Shown here piece by piece: positions 41,816-50,703 of a DNA stretch of 59,253 nt. Numbering within the stretch: the stretch's first letter is position 1; each line of letters starts with the position of its first letter. The stretch lies in the sequence record DRR378314_405; one strand, given 5' to 3'. The position numbers and the translations under genes are program-made. Under the pieces are notes generated by a model that worked only from the letters and a program-made list of their open reading frames with translations, searched no databases and had not been told where the DNA came from.

Positions 41816-43146
41816 AGGTGATCGGCAAACTGTACCTGCCCGCCGCTGCGTTCCATCAGGCAGTTGCCCGCGATGTAGGTGGCCTTAATGCTTTGCGGTT
41901 CCGCCAGTACCATCACCGCAAACAGCAGATCATGCAGATTGTCCGCATGGGACAACCGATACTCCAGCATCGGGGTTGCTTTCAAGTCAATAACCGTTAA
42001 ATCGGCATCCAGCCCCGGCTCAATACTGCCGATCTGATCTTGCAGATACAAAGCCTCAGCCGCACCTCGCGTGGCCATATAAAAAGCCTGAAACGCCCGC
42101 AGGGAAGAGCCGCGCATCTGCGCCACCTTATAGGCCTCCAGCATGGTCGCCAGTTGAGAGAAACTGGTCCCGCCGCCGACATCTGTCGCCAAGCCGCAGG
42201 TAACCGGCCGTTTGGCATCATAGGCTTTTTCATAACTGAACAGGCCGCTGCCCAAAAACAGGTTGGAGGTTGGACAATGTGCCAGCGTGGTACCCGTTTC
42301 GTGCATGCGGGCAAACTCCCGCTCGCTCAGATGAATGCCATGCCCGTAAATGGCCCGCTCCCCCAATTGTCCATATCGATCATAAACATCCAGATAATCG
42401 GTGCAGTCGGGAAACAGCTCTTTGACCCAGGCAATCTCACCAGCATTTTCCGACAGGTGGGACTGCAGGTAAGTCCCCGGAAACTCCTGCCATAACGCGC
42501 CTGTCATTTCCATCTGCCCGGGCGTGCTGGTCGGTGCAAAACGGGGCGTAATGCTATACAGGCTTCGCCCTTTTCTGTGCCATTTTTCAATCAGCGCTTT
42601 TGACTGGTCATATCCGCTTTGCGCTGTATCCAGCAGGCCTGCAGGCGCATTTCGATCCATCAGCACCTTCCCCGCCAGATTAAGCATCCCGAATTTTTCC
42701 GACACCTCAAAAAAAGCGTCAACCGACTGCGGGGCTACCGTACAAAATACGGATGCAGACGTGGTGCCGGAGCGGAGCAATTCGCGCAAAAACAGATCTG
42801 CCGCCCGTTTTGCATAATCTGGATCGGTGAATTTCTGCTCGGCGACGAAGGTATATTCGTTCAGCCAATCGATAAGCTGCTTGCCATAGGCGCCAATGAC
42901 TTCAATTTGCGGATAATGAACATGGCAATCGATAAATCCCGGCAGGATCAGCCCGTCCTTGTAATGGGTGACCTCAACCCCGGGGTTTAAATCCGGCAGC
43001 AGACTGGCCGCCGCGCCGACTTTGTGGATCTTGCCATCGGCGATGACAACAAGTCCGTCTTCCTCATAGAGGTAACAATCCTCTTCGGGCGCCAAAAAGG
43101 GATTATCTGTGAAGGTGAGAACGGATCCCCGAAGCGCACGTTCCAT
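41803..43146 (-). CDS. guaD: Guanine deaminase
   Basis: PGFIDCHVHYPQ, TPRFAPTST, QSHLSEN, HCPTSNLFLGSG, ATDVGGGTS. Confidence 0.96.
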   Translation of the reverse strand: MERALRGSVLTFTDNPFLAPEEDCYLYEEDGLVVIADGKIHKVGAAASLLPDLNPGVEVTHYKDGLILPGFIDCHVHYPQIEVIGAYGKQLIDWLNEYTFVAEQKFTDPDYAKRAADLFLRELLRSGTTSASVFCTVAPQSVDAFFEVSEKFGMLNLAGKVLMDRNAPAGLLDTAQSGYDQSKALIEKWHRKGRSLYSITPRFAPTSTPGQMEMTGALWQEFPGTYLQSHLSENAGEIAWVKELFPDCTDYLDVYDRYGQLGERAIYGHGIHLSEREFARMHETGTTLAHCPTSNLFLGSGLFSYEKAYDAKRPVTCGLATDVGGGTSFSQLATMLEAYKVAQMRGSSLRAFQAFYMATRGAAEALYLQDQIGSIEPGLDADLTVIDLKATPMLEYRLSHADNLHDLLFAVMVLAEPQSIKATYIAGNCLMERSGGQVQFADHLQSA

Positions 43147-43259
43147 AACTTATCCTTTAATAATGAGGGTCTCAAGAATTCGGCAAACGGCGAAATCTAG
43201 CAGATCTAAAACCCAACGCAGAGTCTTTTCCATTATTGACAGGCATATGTGAATGTGTT

Positions 43260-43276
43260 TTTTCACTTTATGGAAA
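43260..43276. promoter_or_regulatory. Candidate IclR-family operator (site 2)
   Basis: TTTTCACTTTATGGAAA, 16/17 identical to 40980-40996, just downstream of TTGACA at 43236. Confidence 0.6.
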
Positions 43277-43327
43277 GAGTTCATGAAACTCTTCATCACA
43301 ACGAAAAACAATAAAAAGAGTAGCCAA

Positions 43328-44533
43328 ATGGACCTCAACCTCACTGACAAGCATATTGCCTTCCAGACGGAAGTTCGCGACTTTATCGATCAGAGCCTGT
43401 CTGACCGCCTGAAACAAGACACGGTCATCCAGGCGTCGATCCGCACCGATCCGGACACGGCCAATGAATGGGGTCGTATCCTCGGCCAAAAAGGATGGCT
43501 TGCCTATAACTGGCCAACCTCTATGGGGGGTCCGGGCTGGGACGTGGTCCAGCGCTATATCTTTGAATATGAATGTGCCAAGGCGGGGGCACCAGCCATC
43601 AATTCCATGGGCTATCGGATGATCGGCCCGCTGATCGGTAAATTTGGCACAGATGCGCAGAAAGAATTTTACCTGCCGCGCATCCGCAGGCATGAGGATA
43701 GCTGGTGCCAGGGCTATTCAGAGCCCGGCGCAGGTTCCGACCTGGCATCCCTGCAGACAAAAGCCGTTCTGGATGGGGATGCGTATGTCATTAACGGCAC
43801 CAAGATCTGGACCACTGGTGCGCATTACGCCACTCACTGTTTTTGCCTCGTTCGCACCTCATCAGAGGGGAAGAAACAGCAGGGGATCTCCTTCTTGCTC
43901 ATCGATATGAACACGCCCGGCATTGACATAAAGCCGATCATTTCCATTTCCGGTGATCATGAACTGAACCAGGTTTTCTTTGATGATGTGCGTGTCCCGA
44001 AGGAAAATCTGATCGGTGAGGAAAATGACGGCTGGACCGTTGCCAAATACCTGTTGGAATTTGAACGCGGCGGCGTTGCCTATACACCGGGCTTGAAAGC
44101 CGGTCTCGATAATGTGCGGGAAATTGCCAAACTGGAAAAAGACAATGGCGGTGCACCGCTCATTGACGATCCGGATTTCAATCGAAAACTGACGCAACTG
44201 GATGTCCGCCTGCAAGCCGCCGAATTCACGGAAAAACGCTATATGTCTGCCTTAAGCCAGGGTCAAAACCCCGGCGCGGCTTCCTCTATGTTCAAACTAA
44301 CCGGATCAGAACTGCTACAGGATATCGGTGAACTTCGCATGGAAGCCACAGCCTATTACGCCTTGCCCTACCTGCCGCAATCACGCGAACCGGGCAGCAA
44401 CGTGACCTTCCCCGGCCCGCAACATGCCATGACCGCGACAGCCAAGTATCTGAACGGTCGGGCCTCCACAATTTATGCAGGCTCCAGCGAAGTGCAAAGA
44501 ACCGTTCTCTCTAAACAGGTGCTCGGCCTCTAA
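43328..44533 (+). CDS. Acyl-CoA dehydrogenase (PimC/FadE-like)
   Basis: WCQGYSEPGAGSDLASL, NGTKIWTT, NQVFFDDVRVP, LEFER, TIYAGSSEVQR. Confidence 0.93.
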   Translation: MDLNLTDKHIAFQTEVRDFIDQSLSDRLKQDTVIQASIRTDPDTANEWGRILGQKGWLAYNWPTSMGGPGWDVVQRYIFEYECAKAGAPAINSMGYRMIGPLIGKFGTDAQKEFYLPRIRRHEDSWCQGYSEPGAGSDLASLQTKAVLDGDAYVINGTKIWTTGAHYATHCFCLVRTSSEGKKQQGISFLLIDMNTPGIDIKPIISISGDHELNQVFFDDVRVPKENLIGEENDGWTVAKYLLEFERGGVAYTPGLKAGLDNVREIAKLEKDNGGAPLIDDPDFNRKLTQLDVRLQAAEFTEKRYMSALSQGQNPGAASSMFKLTGSELLQDIGELRMEATAYYALPYLPQSREPGSNVTFPGPQHAMTATAKYLNGRASTIYAGSSEVQRTVLSKQVLGL

Positions 44534-44550
44534 ACGCTTCTGATCTCTTG

Positions 44551-44840
44551 AAATAGCCCGCGGCCAAGCACACGGCTTTGCCCCGGGCATTCTGGACTGT
44601 CTTCACCCCTGAATTATGACGGTTGCGTGACGATTTGTGCCTGTCATCACGTTTACCGCTATTCTGACTTGCTGTTCGCCGGGCAACTGTTAGAAGTAAA
44701 AGGAGGGCTGGGTGACTTCGGCCAGCGTAACGCTGCTTGGTTCAAACGGCGCCGAGTATACCCCCATATACCGGCAGCCTAAGCCGAAGCCCCCATCTCG
44801 ATAAAAGTGAAAGACACTTTAAATCCCGATTTTGAATAGT
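44551..44840 (-). ncRNA. Candidate structured non-coding RNA of about 290 nt (family not recognised)
   Basis: Downstream of a near-consensus sigma70 promoter; long stem 44709-44723/44782-44795 enclosing smaller hairpins; CCCUCCUUUU tract; terminal GC hairpin 44556-44588; no ORF of 60 aa or more. Confidence 0.5.
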
Positions 44841-44845
44841 AGCGA

Positions 44846-44874
44846 ACTATAGGTTTGTATTTATTGAGCGTCAA
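44846..44874 (-). promoter_or_regulatory. Sigma70-type promoter TTGACG-N17-TATAGT
   Basis: 5/6 match at both hexamers with exact 17-bp spacer; lies downstream of the MCP terminator. Confidence 0.7.
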
Positions 44875-44911
44875 TACAGTTTCTAAGTTCAACTATTTGG
44901 TGCTAAAACAT

Positions 44912-44941
44912 AAAAAAAGCTGGCCTTAAGCCAGCTTTTTT
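44912..44941 (-). terminator. Intrinsic terminator after the MCP gene (bidirectional form)
   Basis: aaaaaaagctggc-ctta-agccagctttttt. Confidence 0.85.
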
Positions 44942-44958
44942 CTTGAGCTTTATAGGTC

Positions 44959-46728
44959 CTACAAAGCTTTCACATTCTCCAGGAAGCCGCTGATATCAGT
45001 TTTCAGAACATGATTGTTCTGATCCAGGCTACCCACGACCTCCCGCTGATTTCCGGCCAGCTTCTCAGTCTCCAGCGCAGCACTGGCAACTTCACTGACC
45101 ACCCTTGCAACCTCGGCTGTTCCTTGAGAGGCTCTCTCCACATTCTGGGCAATTTCATTTGTCGCCGCGCCCTGTTCCTCAACCGCGCTTGCAACGGCAG
45201 CGGTCAGTTCATCAATTTTGCCAATAATATCCCCGATCCCAAGAACAGATGTTGCTGCGGCAGATGTCTCGCTTTGAATTTCGGCAATCTTGTTGGCGAT
45301 ATCTTCTGTCGCCTTGCTGGTCTGTGTCGCCAGGTTTTTCACCTCACTGGCCACCACCGCAAAGCCTTTACCCGCTTCACCTGCACGGGCAGACTCAATC
45401 GTGGCATTCAGCGCCAGCAAGTTTGTCTGATTGGCGATGTCGCTAATGATCTGGATAACCTGACCAATACTTTCCGCCGCTTCGTTCAGCGCTTCAACGC
45501 GGGTATTGGTTGTTTTAATTTCAGAGACAGCCGTTTGCGATACTTCGGATGCCTTGCTCATCTGGCGGGAAATTTCACTGATTGAAGACGACAACTCAGT
45601 CGTCGCCGCAGAGACGGTTTGAATATTTCCAGAGGCCGAATCAATACTGGAGGACGCATCTTGAGACAACCCTTGCGTCTTCTCGGCATTGCTGAACATG
45701 GTGGATGCCGACTGGCTCACCGCACTGACCGATTCCGCCACAACCCCAAGGCCGGACTTCATCTTCTCATCGAACTCTCTCATAAGCTCTTCCAGCTTAC
45801 TGGCTTTCGCCCGTTCTTGAACCTGCTGAGCGTGCTCACGTTCAGTCGCTTCGCGCTGTTCAATCTCTTTCTGCTTCAGGCTTTCCATCGTCCGCGCCAG
45901 CGCCTGCTTTTCTTCTTTTTCACTCTCTTGCAAGCGGCGCTGTTCAATTCCGTTATCCTTGAACACCGCTACCGATCTTGCCATTTCGCCAATTTCATCT
46001 TTGCGATCCGTGCCTCTCACCTCAATATCCAGATTGCCGTCCGCCAAATCGGTCATCAAATCTGTAATTCGGCCAATCGGGGTCGCAATTGACCGGGTCA
46101 AGACATAGCCTGCCGCCAGGGCAACAACAATCATGATCACCAGGCCAGAGACAACCGCAGTAAAGAAGCGGTTATTTGCCGATGCCTTCAAACTGGCGGC
46201 GTTTGCAGAAATAGCGCCCAGTTCTTCTGAAAGTTTGGTGGCCGCCGCATTAAACTGCCCAATCACAAGGCCCGGCTCACCGGAAACTTCAATGGCCCGG
46301 GCCTGGTTCACGGTCAGATAATTCCGCATCAGTTGAATTTGCACTTCGGAATATTGCGTCAACCATTTCTGATACGCGTCTTCCATTGTCGTGATCGTGG
46401 GTACCAGTCCTTCATGATCTTTTGCCAGCCCGACAAGACCCTGATGAAATTTGCTCACCATCTCGCCTGTTGTCTTATAGGCGCTTAACTCTTTACGGTC
46501 ACCGGTCAGCAAAAAGGACGTTAAATGCTGACGCTGCGATGCGAACCCGCGTTGATATTGAAGATAGGCAACACCCAGATCCCGAACAGATTTATTTTCA
46601 CTGTCAGCACGCTGAATATCATTCATGGAGGTCAGGGAAATCGCCGACATGATGACAACAATGCCAATCAGTACAGCAAAACAGACAGTTAGTTTTTTCC
46701 CAATTTTCAGATTTGCGAGAAAATTCAT
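44959..46728 (-). CDS. Methyl-accepting chemotaxis protein
   Basis: Two TMs, CHASE3/4HB-like periplasmic domain, HAMP (RKDEIGEMA), [34 protein letters not shown]. Confidence 0.95.
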   Translation of the reverse strand: MNFLANLKIGKKLTVCFAVLIGIVVIMSAISLTSMNDIQRADSENKSVRDLGVAYLQYQRGFASQRQHLTSFLLTGDRKELSAYKTTGEMVSKFHQGLVGLAKDHEGLVPTITTMEDAYQKWLTQYSEVQIQLMRNYLTVNQARAIEVSGEPGLVIGQFNAAATKLSEELGAISANAASLKASANNRFFTAVVSGLVIMIVVALAAGYVLTRSIATPIGRITDLMTDLADGNLDIEVRGTDRKDEIGEMARSVAVFKDNGIEQRRLQESEKEEKQALARTMESLKQKEIEQREATEREHAQQVQERAKASKLEELMREFDEKMKSGLGVVAESVSAVSQSASTMFSNAEKTQGLSQDASSSIDSASGNIQTVSAATTELSSSISEISRQMSKASEVSQTAVSEIKTTNTRVEALNEAAESIGQVIQIISDIANQTNLLALNATIESARAGEAGKGFAVVASEVKNLATQTSKATEDIANKIAEIQSETSAAATSVLGIGDIIGKIDELTAAVASAVEEQGAATNEIAQNVERASQGTAEVARVVSEVASAALETEKLAGNQREVVGSLDQNNHVLKTDISGFLENVKAL

Positions 46729-46754
46729 CTCAGCCTCACTTCTTATACGTTAAA

Positions 46755-47369
46755 CTAATTTGCTGACTTGCGGCGCTGCAACTCCGTCAGGTTATATTCA
46801 ACAGTCACCGCGCCGATTGGCTGATTGTTTTTGTCAGTCAGGCTCATGTTGATCTGGGTCCGCCAGGTTTTACTCGCGTCATGATACTCTGGCTCATCAA
46901 TGAAAACGGCTGTGGCGCCCACCGGGAAGGTTTTTTGAAACTTTCCTTCATCGCCCTGCCAAAAATCAGAGGTAATCGCGCTTTGCCCGACATTCAGCCC
47001 ATTGGCGTCCATCACAAAAATCTCGGTAAACAAACCGCTGGAAGCCGCTTGAATTTGGGTCAGATAACTGGATAAGGGACTGCTGAGGGTGGTTGCGATC
47101 AACGGCTGATCCTCTGCCTCCCGTTCTGCCCGCCACTGCTTGTCAAGGCGATCAATATCCTCTTGAGAGACGTCTTTGTAAACGCGGTTTTGCGAAGATA
47201 CCGAAATTTCAACAACCGGATTTTCCATCCATTTGCGAATTTCAGTCAGCTCTGTCTCTGCGATGATTGAGGTACTTGGCGCCGCCTCTTTTGCATGCGC
47301 AATCACTGGCAATCCAAAAATAAACAGAAGCCCCACACCAGCCAACTGCTTCAAAAACCCATGCTTCAT
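46755..47369 (-). CDS. Stand-alone periplasmic Cache/PDC-like sensor protein
   Basis: Signal peptide (..IAHA), EIFVMDANGLNV, SDFWQGDE, PIGAVTV; no TM; 26 bp upstream of the MCP. Confidence 0.65.
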   Translation of the reverse strand: MKHGFLKQLAGVGLLFIFGLPVIAHAKEAAPSTSIIAETELTEIRKWMENPVVEISVSSQNRVYKDVSQEDIDRLDKQWRAEREAEDQPLIATTLSSPLSSYLTQIQAASSGLFTEIFVMDANGLNVGQSAITSDFWQGDEGKFQKTFPVGATAVFIDEPEYHDASKTWRTQINMSLTDKNNQPIGAVTVEYNLTELQRRKSAN

Positions 47370-47512
47370 CTCGGTACTCCAAATATTGTTTGAAGTAAAC
47401 GTAATGAAAAAGAGTTAATTTTGTTATAATCAAACCTACTAATATAGTTATAGACTAACAGAGTAAGAAACCATTGGCCAAAATTAAAGTCTTCAGCCAA
47501 TGATCGTTGTCT

Positions 47513-47938
47513 TTATTGAAGGCCAACCATTCTTTGTAGTTGGCGAATATATGTGGTGATGGCCTTGGCTTGGGCTTCGCTCACCGCTGGCTGCGGGGGC
47601 ATATCCCCAAAGGTCCAGTGATGAGCCCTGACACCCCTTTTTACCGCCAACAAAAAGGCCTCATCTGAATGATGAGAGGGCACATAAACCCGATGCAGAA
47701 AAGGCGGTCCGGTCTCTGTTCCATTAGCTGTCAACCCGTGGCAGGACGCACAATTATCTTGATACAGCCCCTTGCCATTTAACGGCCCGCTGCCTTTGGA
47801 CGATGCCATCTGCGGGGGTGCGCCCTCTTCAGATGTAGACCTATCCGCATCGTTCCATTGATCCCAGCCGGTTACCGCAATGACCACCAACGCGGTTGCA
47901 GCACCGCTAACCAGAATACTGGATTTCCAGAATTTCAT
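47513..47938 (-). CDS. Monoheme cytochrome c, exported
   Basis: N-terminal hydrophobic segment, CASCH, HHSDEAF, HHWTFGDMPP. Confidence 0.88.
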   Translation of the reverse strand: MKFWKSSILVSGAATALVVIAVTGWDQWNDADRSTSEEGAPPQMASSKGSGPLNGKGLYQDNCASCHGLTANGTETGPPFLHRVYVPSHHSDEAFLLAVKRGVRAHHWTFGDMPPQPAVSEAQAKAITTYIRQLQRMVGLQ

Positions 47939-48015
47939 TTTCAGTCCTCTCCGGGTCCTGAAAAGCTTTCGGGACCCCTAAAATTTAACTCGAAACTGCC
48001 TTTCAACAGCAGCGT

Positions 48016-48357
48016 TTAAGCAGGAGAGAAATTATTCGGCGGCCTACCCGGTAGGCTTGCCCTAAAACTGACCGCCACATCATGTGTCAATCGGAATGGC
48101 TCCGATCCAGTCAAAAACCAATGGGCTTCAGGGAACAGGCTGGCGAACAGGGCAAATGACTGGATATGCAGGCAATAACCGCCCGTCAGCCCCTCACAAG
48201 TAACAAGTTGGGCGTGAGGATCCGTTTCGCAATTCGAAGTGATCCCCTCGCAGTCTTCACAAATGTGGGGTTCATCCGCAGCCGCAAGCCCGGCGGGGAG
48301 TAAAGGCCCTAAAAGGGTCATCAAAACTATGATGAATGACAATATGGATCTAATCAC
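48016..48357 (-). CDS. Small exported Cys/His-rich protein (DUF2946/CopL-like architecture)
   Basis: GTG 48357 with AGGA SD; signal-like segment, HICEDC plus three further Cys, C-terminal LPGRPP. Confidence 0.55.
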   Translation of the reverse strand: MIRSILSFIIVLMTLLGPLLPAGLAAADEPHICEDCEGITSNCETDPHAQLVTCEGLTGGYCLHIQSFALFASLFPEAHWFLTGSEPFRLTHDVAVSFRASLPGRPPNNFSPA

Positions 48358-48421
48358 GGTCTTCCTGATCGGGCTAGAGGGAATTGACCAGATCGGCTTA
48401 CCATAAAGGTAATCGATTTGA

Positions 48422-50077
48422 CTAGCATTTTGCCTGCAGCAATCCCCGGCCGTATAATCGGTCCTGACCCTCAGTCCCAAGCCGCAATGCTGTTTGGCTC
48501 AGGATCCGATCCAGAACCTGTCCAGACAGATTTGGATTTCGCGCCACATATAAGGCGGCGATGGCCAAGGCATATGGCGCCGCAAAAGACGTTCCGGTTT
48601 TATACGCCCCGCCGCCATCCGGGGTTGCCATCCAGATATCCACCCCCGGCGCTGCGTAAGCGATGTAATCGCCCACATTCGCATTTGGATATAATTGTTT
48701 GGCGGCATCAATGGCGGTGACCGCAAAAATCCCTGGATAAGCTGCGGGATAGGCTGCACCTGCATCCGGTCCGCTGTTCCCCGCGGCGGCAAATAAAATC
48801 ATGCCTTGGCCCAACGCCAACCGGGAACTGCGTTCCAGAACCCGGTTTTGACTTAAAGTCGCCAGGGAAATGCTGACAAGCCGCACCTGTTCAGAGGCCA
48901 GCCAGTTCAAGCCCCGGACAATCGCCGTTACCCTTGCCAAAGGCCCGCTTTGTCCGCGTCTTAAAACAACCGCATTATAAAGGTTCGCTTTTGGTAATAA
49001 TCCGAAAATCCCCAGATCCGGGGCATCGCCAACAAGAAGGCTGGCGATTGCGGTCCCATGCCCCTGATCCGGTGCCACCGTCCCGATGAACGCGCTTTGG
49101 CGGATGGTGGCGGATTTAAACGCCGGATGCGCTGTCTTTATGGTGCCGTCCAGTAATCCCAGCTTGATCTTCGCTTCAACCTGATCACAGGCCGTTTTGG
49201 CGGGCCATTTCACCAGTGCATTTGCAAATAACCGGGGCGCCGGAGCGGAAGCGGCCTGCAGATTTGCATTCAGATCAATGCTGACATTGGGAAACAGGGC
49301 TCTGAATTCAGTGATAAAGGACTGAACATCTGTTGCGGTGATCACCAGCAAAAACTGCTCCAGCCCTTGCAGATTATAGCTTTCTGAAATCGGGATATTC
49401 CGGGCGGTCAGTTCGGCGGTCACGGCTGGCAATTCCGCCGGTGCGCCCATTAACAGAATCTCAGCGCTTTGTGCGCCCGCCCGGTCAGTACAGGGACGAA
49501 GGCTCAAACCAGTGTTGATATCCGAACCGGGCTTCAAGGACGCCAAGATCACCTCATAGCGCTGACTTTGAAGATCGGCAGTCGCCGCCAGTTGCAGGGC
49601 TATTTGCCCCGCGCTCACCCCGACGATCCTGACCTTGAGCTTCTGGGAGGAGGACAGCAGAAAGGCAGAAGTGATATCCAGTTGATCAAAGCCCTGCCCC
49701 TGCAGCAAAAAAGTTTGTCCCGGTGCAACACATCCCGGCACCAGCCGCGCAAAATTCAGGCGCGGTGCCGGCCGGTCCGCTCCGTTGGCAGATGGCTGCG
49801 CTGCAGGCCCCCCAGATGTTTGCCCTTCTCTTCGTCTGTCATTTTTTGGCGCCCCTGTTGGATCCCGCTGCGGCTCAGTCGCCCGGATCGGCGCGCTGGA
49901 TGAGGGGCGCGACGGCGCGGTGGGCGCCGTGCCGGGGACGGTTTGGGATGCGGATCCGGTCCCAGTGCCGTGCCCAGTGCCAGGGATTGAGCCCGGGATT
50001 GAACCCGGGCGCGTCTGGGCTGTTGCCACTCCGCCAAGGAGAAGCAAACAGATCATCACAATTGCGGTTCGCATCAC
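48422..50077 (-). CDS. Secreted S8 subtilase-family serine peptidase
   Basis: Signal peptide; triad LLDG, HGTAIA, GTSFAAP; oxyanion AAAGN; Pro/Gly/Ser-rich N-terminus and an Ig-like segment. Confidence 0.9.
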   Translation of the reverse strand: MMRTAIVMICLLLLGGVATAQTRPGSIPGSIPGTGHGTGTGSASQTVPGTAPTAPSRPSSSAPIRATEPQRDPTGAPKNDRRREGQTSGGPAAQPSANGADRPAPRLNFARLVPGCVAPGQTFLLQGQGFDQLDITSAFLLSSSQKLKVRIVGVSAGQIALQLAATADLQSQRYEVILASLKPGSDINTGLSLRPCTDRAGAQSAEILLMGAPAELPAVTAELTARNIPISESYNLQGLEQFLLVITATDVQSFITEFRALFPNVSIDLNANLQAASAPAPRLFANALVKWPAKTACDQVEAKIKLGLLDGTIKTAHPAFKSATIRQSAFIGTVAPDQGHGTAIASLLVGDAPDLGIFGLLPKANLYNAVVLRRGQSGPLARVTAIVRGLNWLASEQVRLVSISLATLSQNRVLERSSRLALGQGMILFAAAGNSGPDAGAAYPAAYPGIFAVTAIDAAKQLYPNANVGDYIAYAAPGVDIWMATPDGGGAYKTGTSFAAPYALAIAALYVARNPNLSGQVLDRILSQTALRLGTEGQDRLYGRGLLQAKC

Positions 50078-50703
50078 TTGCTCTGCTGACTGGCGCTTTC
50101 GGCCTGAACCGTATCGATCAGATTGCGCCGGGCTTTCAGCTTTTTAAGTGCCGGGGCCGGCTCGCCGGGGATGGAAACCTGATACACACCGATCGCTGAC
50201 GGGCCGTTGACGATCCGTCCCTTGACCGACAGAAGCAGGGCGCGAATGTCTTCTTCCTTGGCCGTGGGAATAAAGGTGACGCTATAAAGCGGACCCTGCA
50301 GCGCCATCATCTGCTGACCGCTTGCGGCAACCAGATCCTCATCTGACAGATTGCTTTGCTGCACCATGAAGAAGCTTTGCACGGCCAGTAAAAGACAGGC
50401 GGCAACGGCGGCCGTCTTCCAGCCCCATTTCATCACGTTGTCATTGGCCCCGCCGGTCAACTGGCTGAACTCACTCTCCTTCTGCTCGGAGGCGAGGGAT
50501 TTTTGAAGGCGCTTGAGTCCCAATTCACCGGGCGAGCTTTCCATCTGCATGTCTTGCATTTCTGCGCGCAAAGCCTGCAGCATCTCTACTTCCGCTTGCA
50601 GCTCTTTGCTTTTTGCCAGCGCGGCTTCAACCGTTGCCACTTCCGCCTCAGATAAGGTTCCGTTCACATAAAACGGCAATAGCTGTTCAATTTCTTTGCT
50701 CAT
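50074..50703 (-). CDS. Single-TM anti-sigma factor
   Basis: LLPFYVNGTLS N-terminal anti-sigma domain, TM AAVAACLLLAVQ, C-terminal alpha/beta domain; ATGA overlap with the sigma gene. Confidence 0.8.
   Translation of the reverse strand: MSKEIEQLLPFYVNGTLSEAEVATVEAALAKSKELQAEVEMLQALRAEMQDMQMESSPGELGLKRLQKSLASEQKESEFSQLTGGANDNVMKWGWKTAAVAACLLLAVQSFFMVQQSNLSDEDLVAASGQQMMALQGPLYSVTFIPTAKEEDIRALLLSVKGRIVNGPSAIGVYQVSIPGEPAPALKKLKARRNLIDTVQAESASQQSK

Noticed and set aside
44690-44795. Twister or HDV-like ribozyme suggested by taaaaggaggg, taacgctgc and gggcaac
   Set aside because: Required P2 and pseudoknot pairings could not be formed
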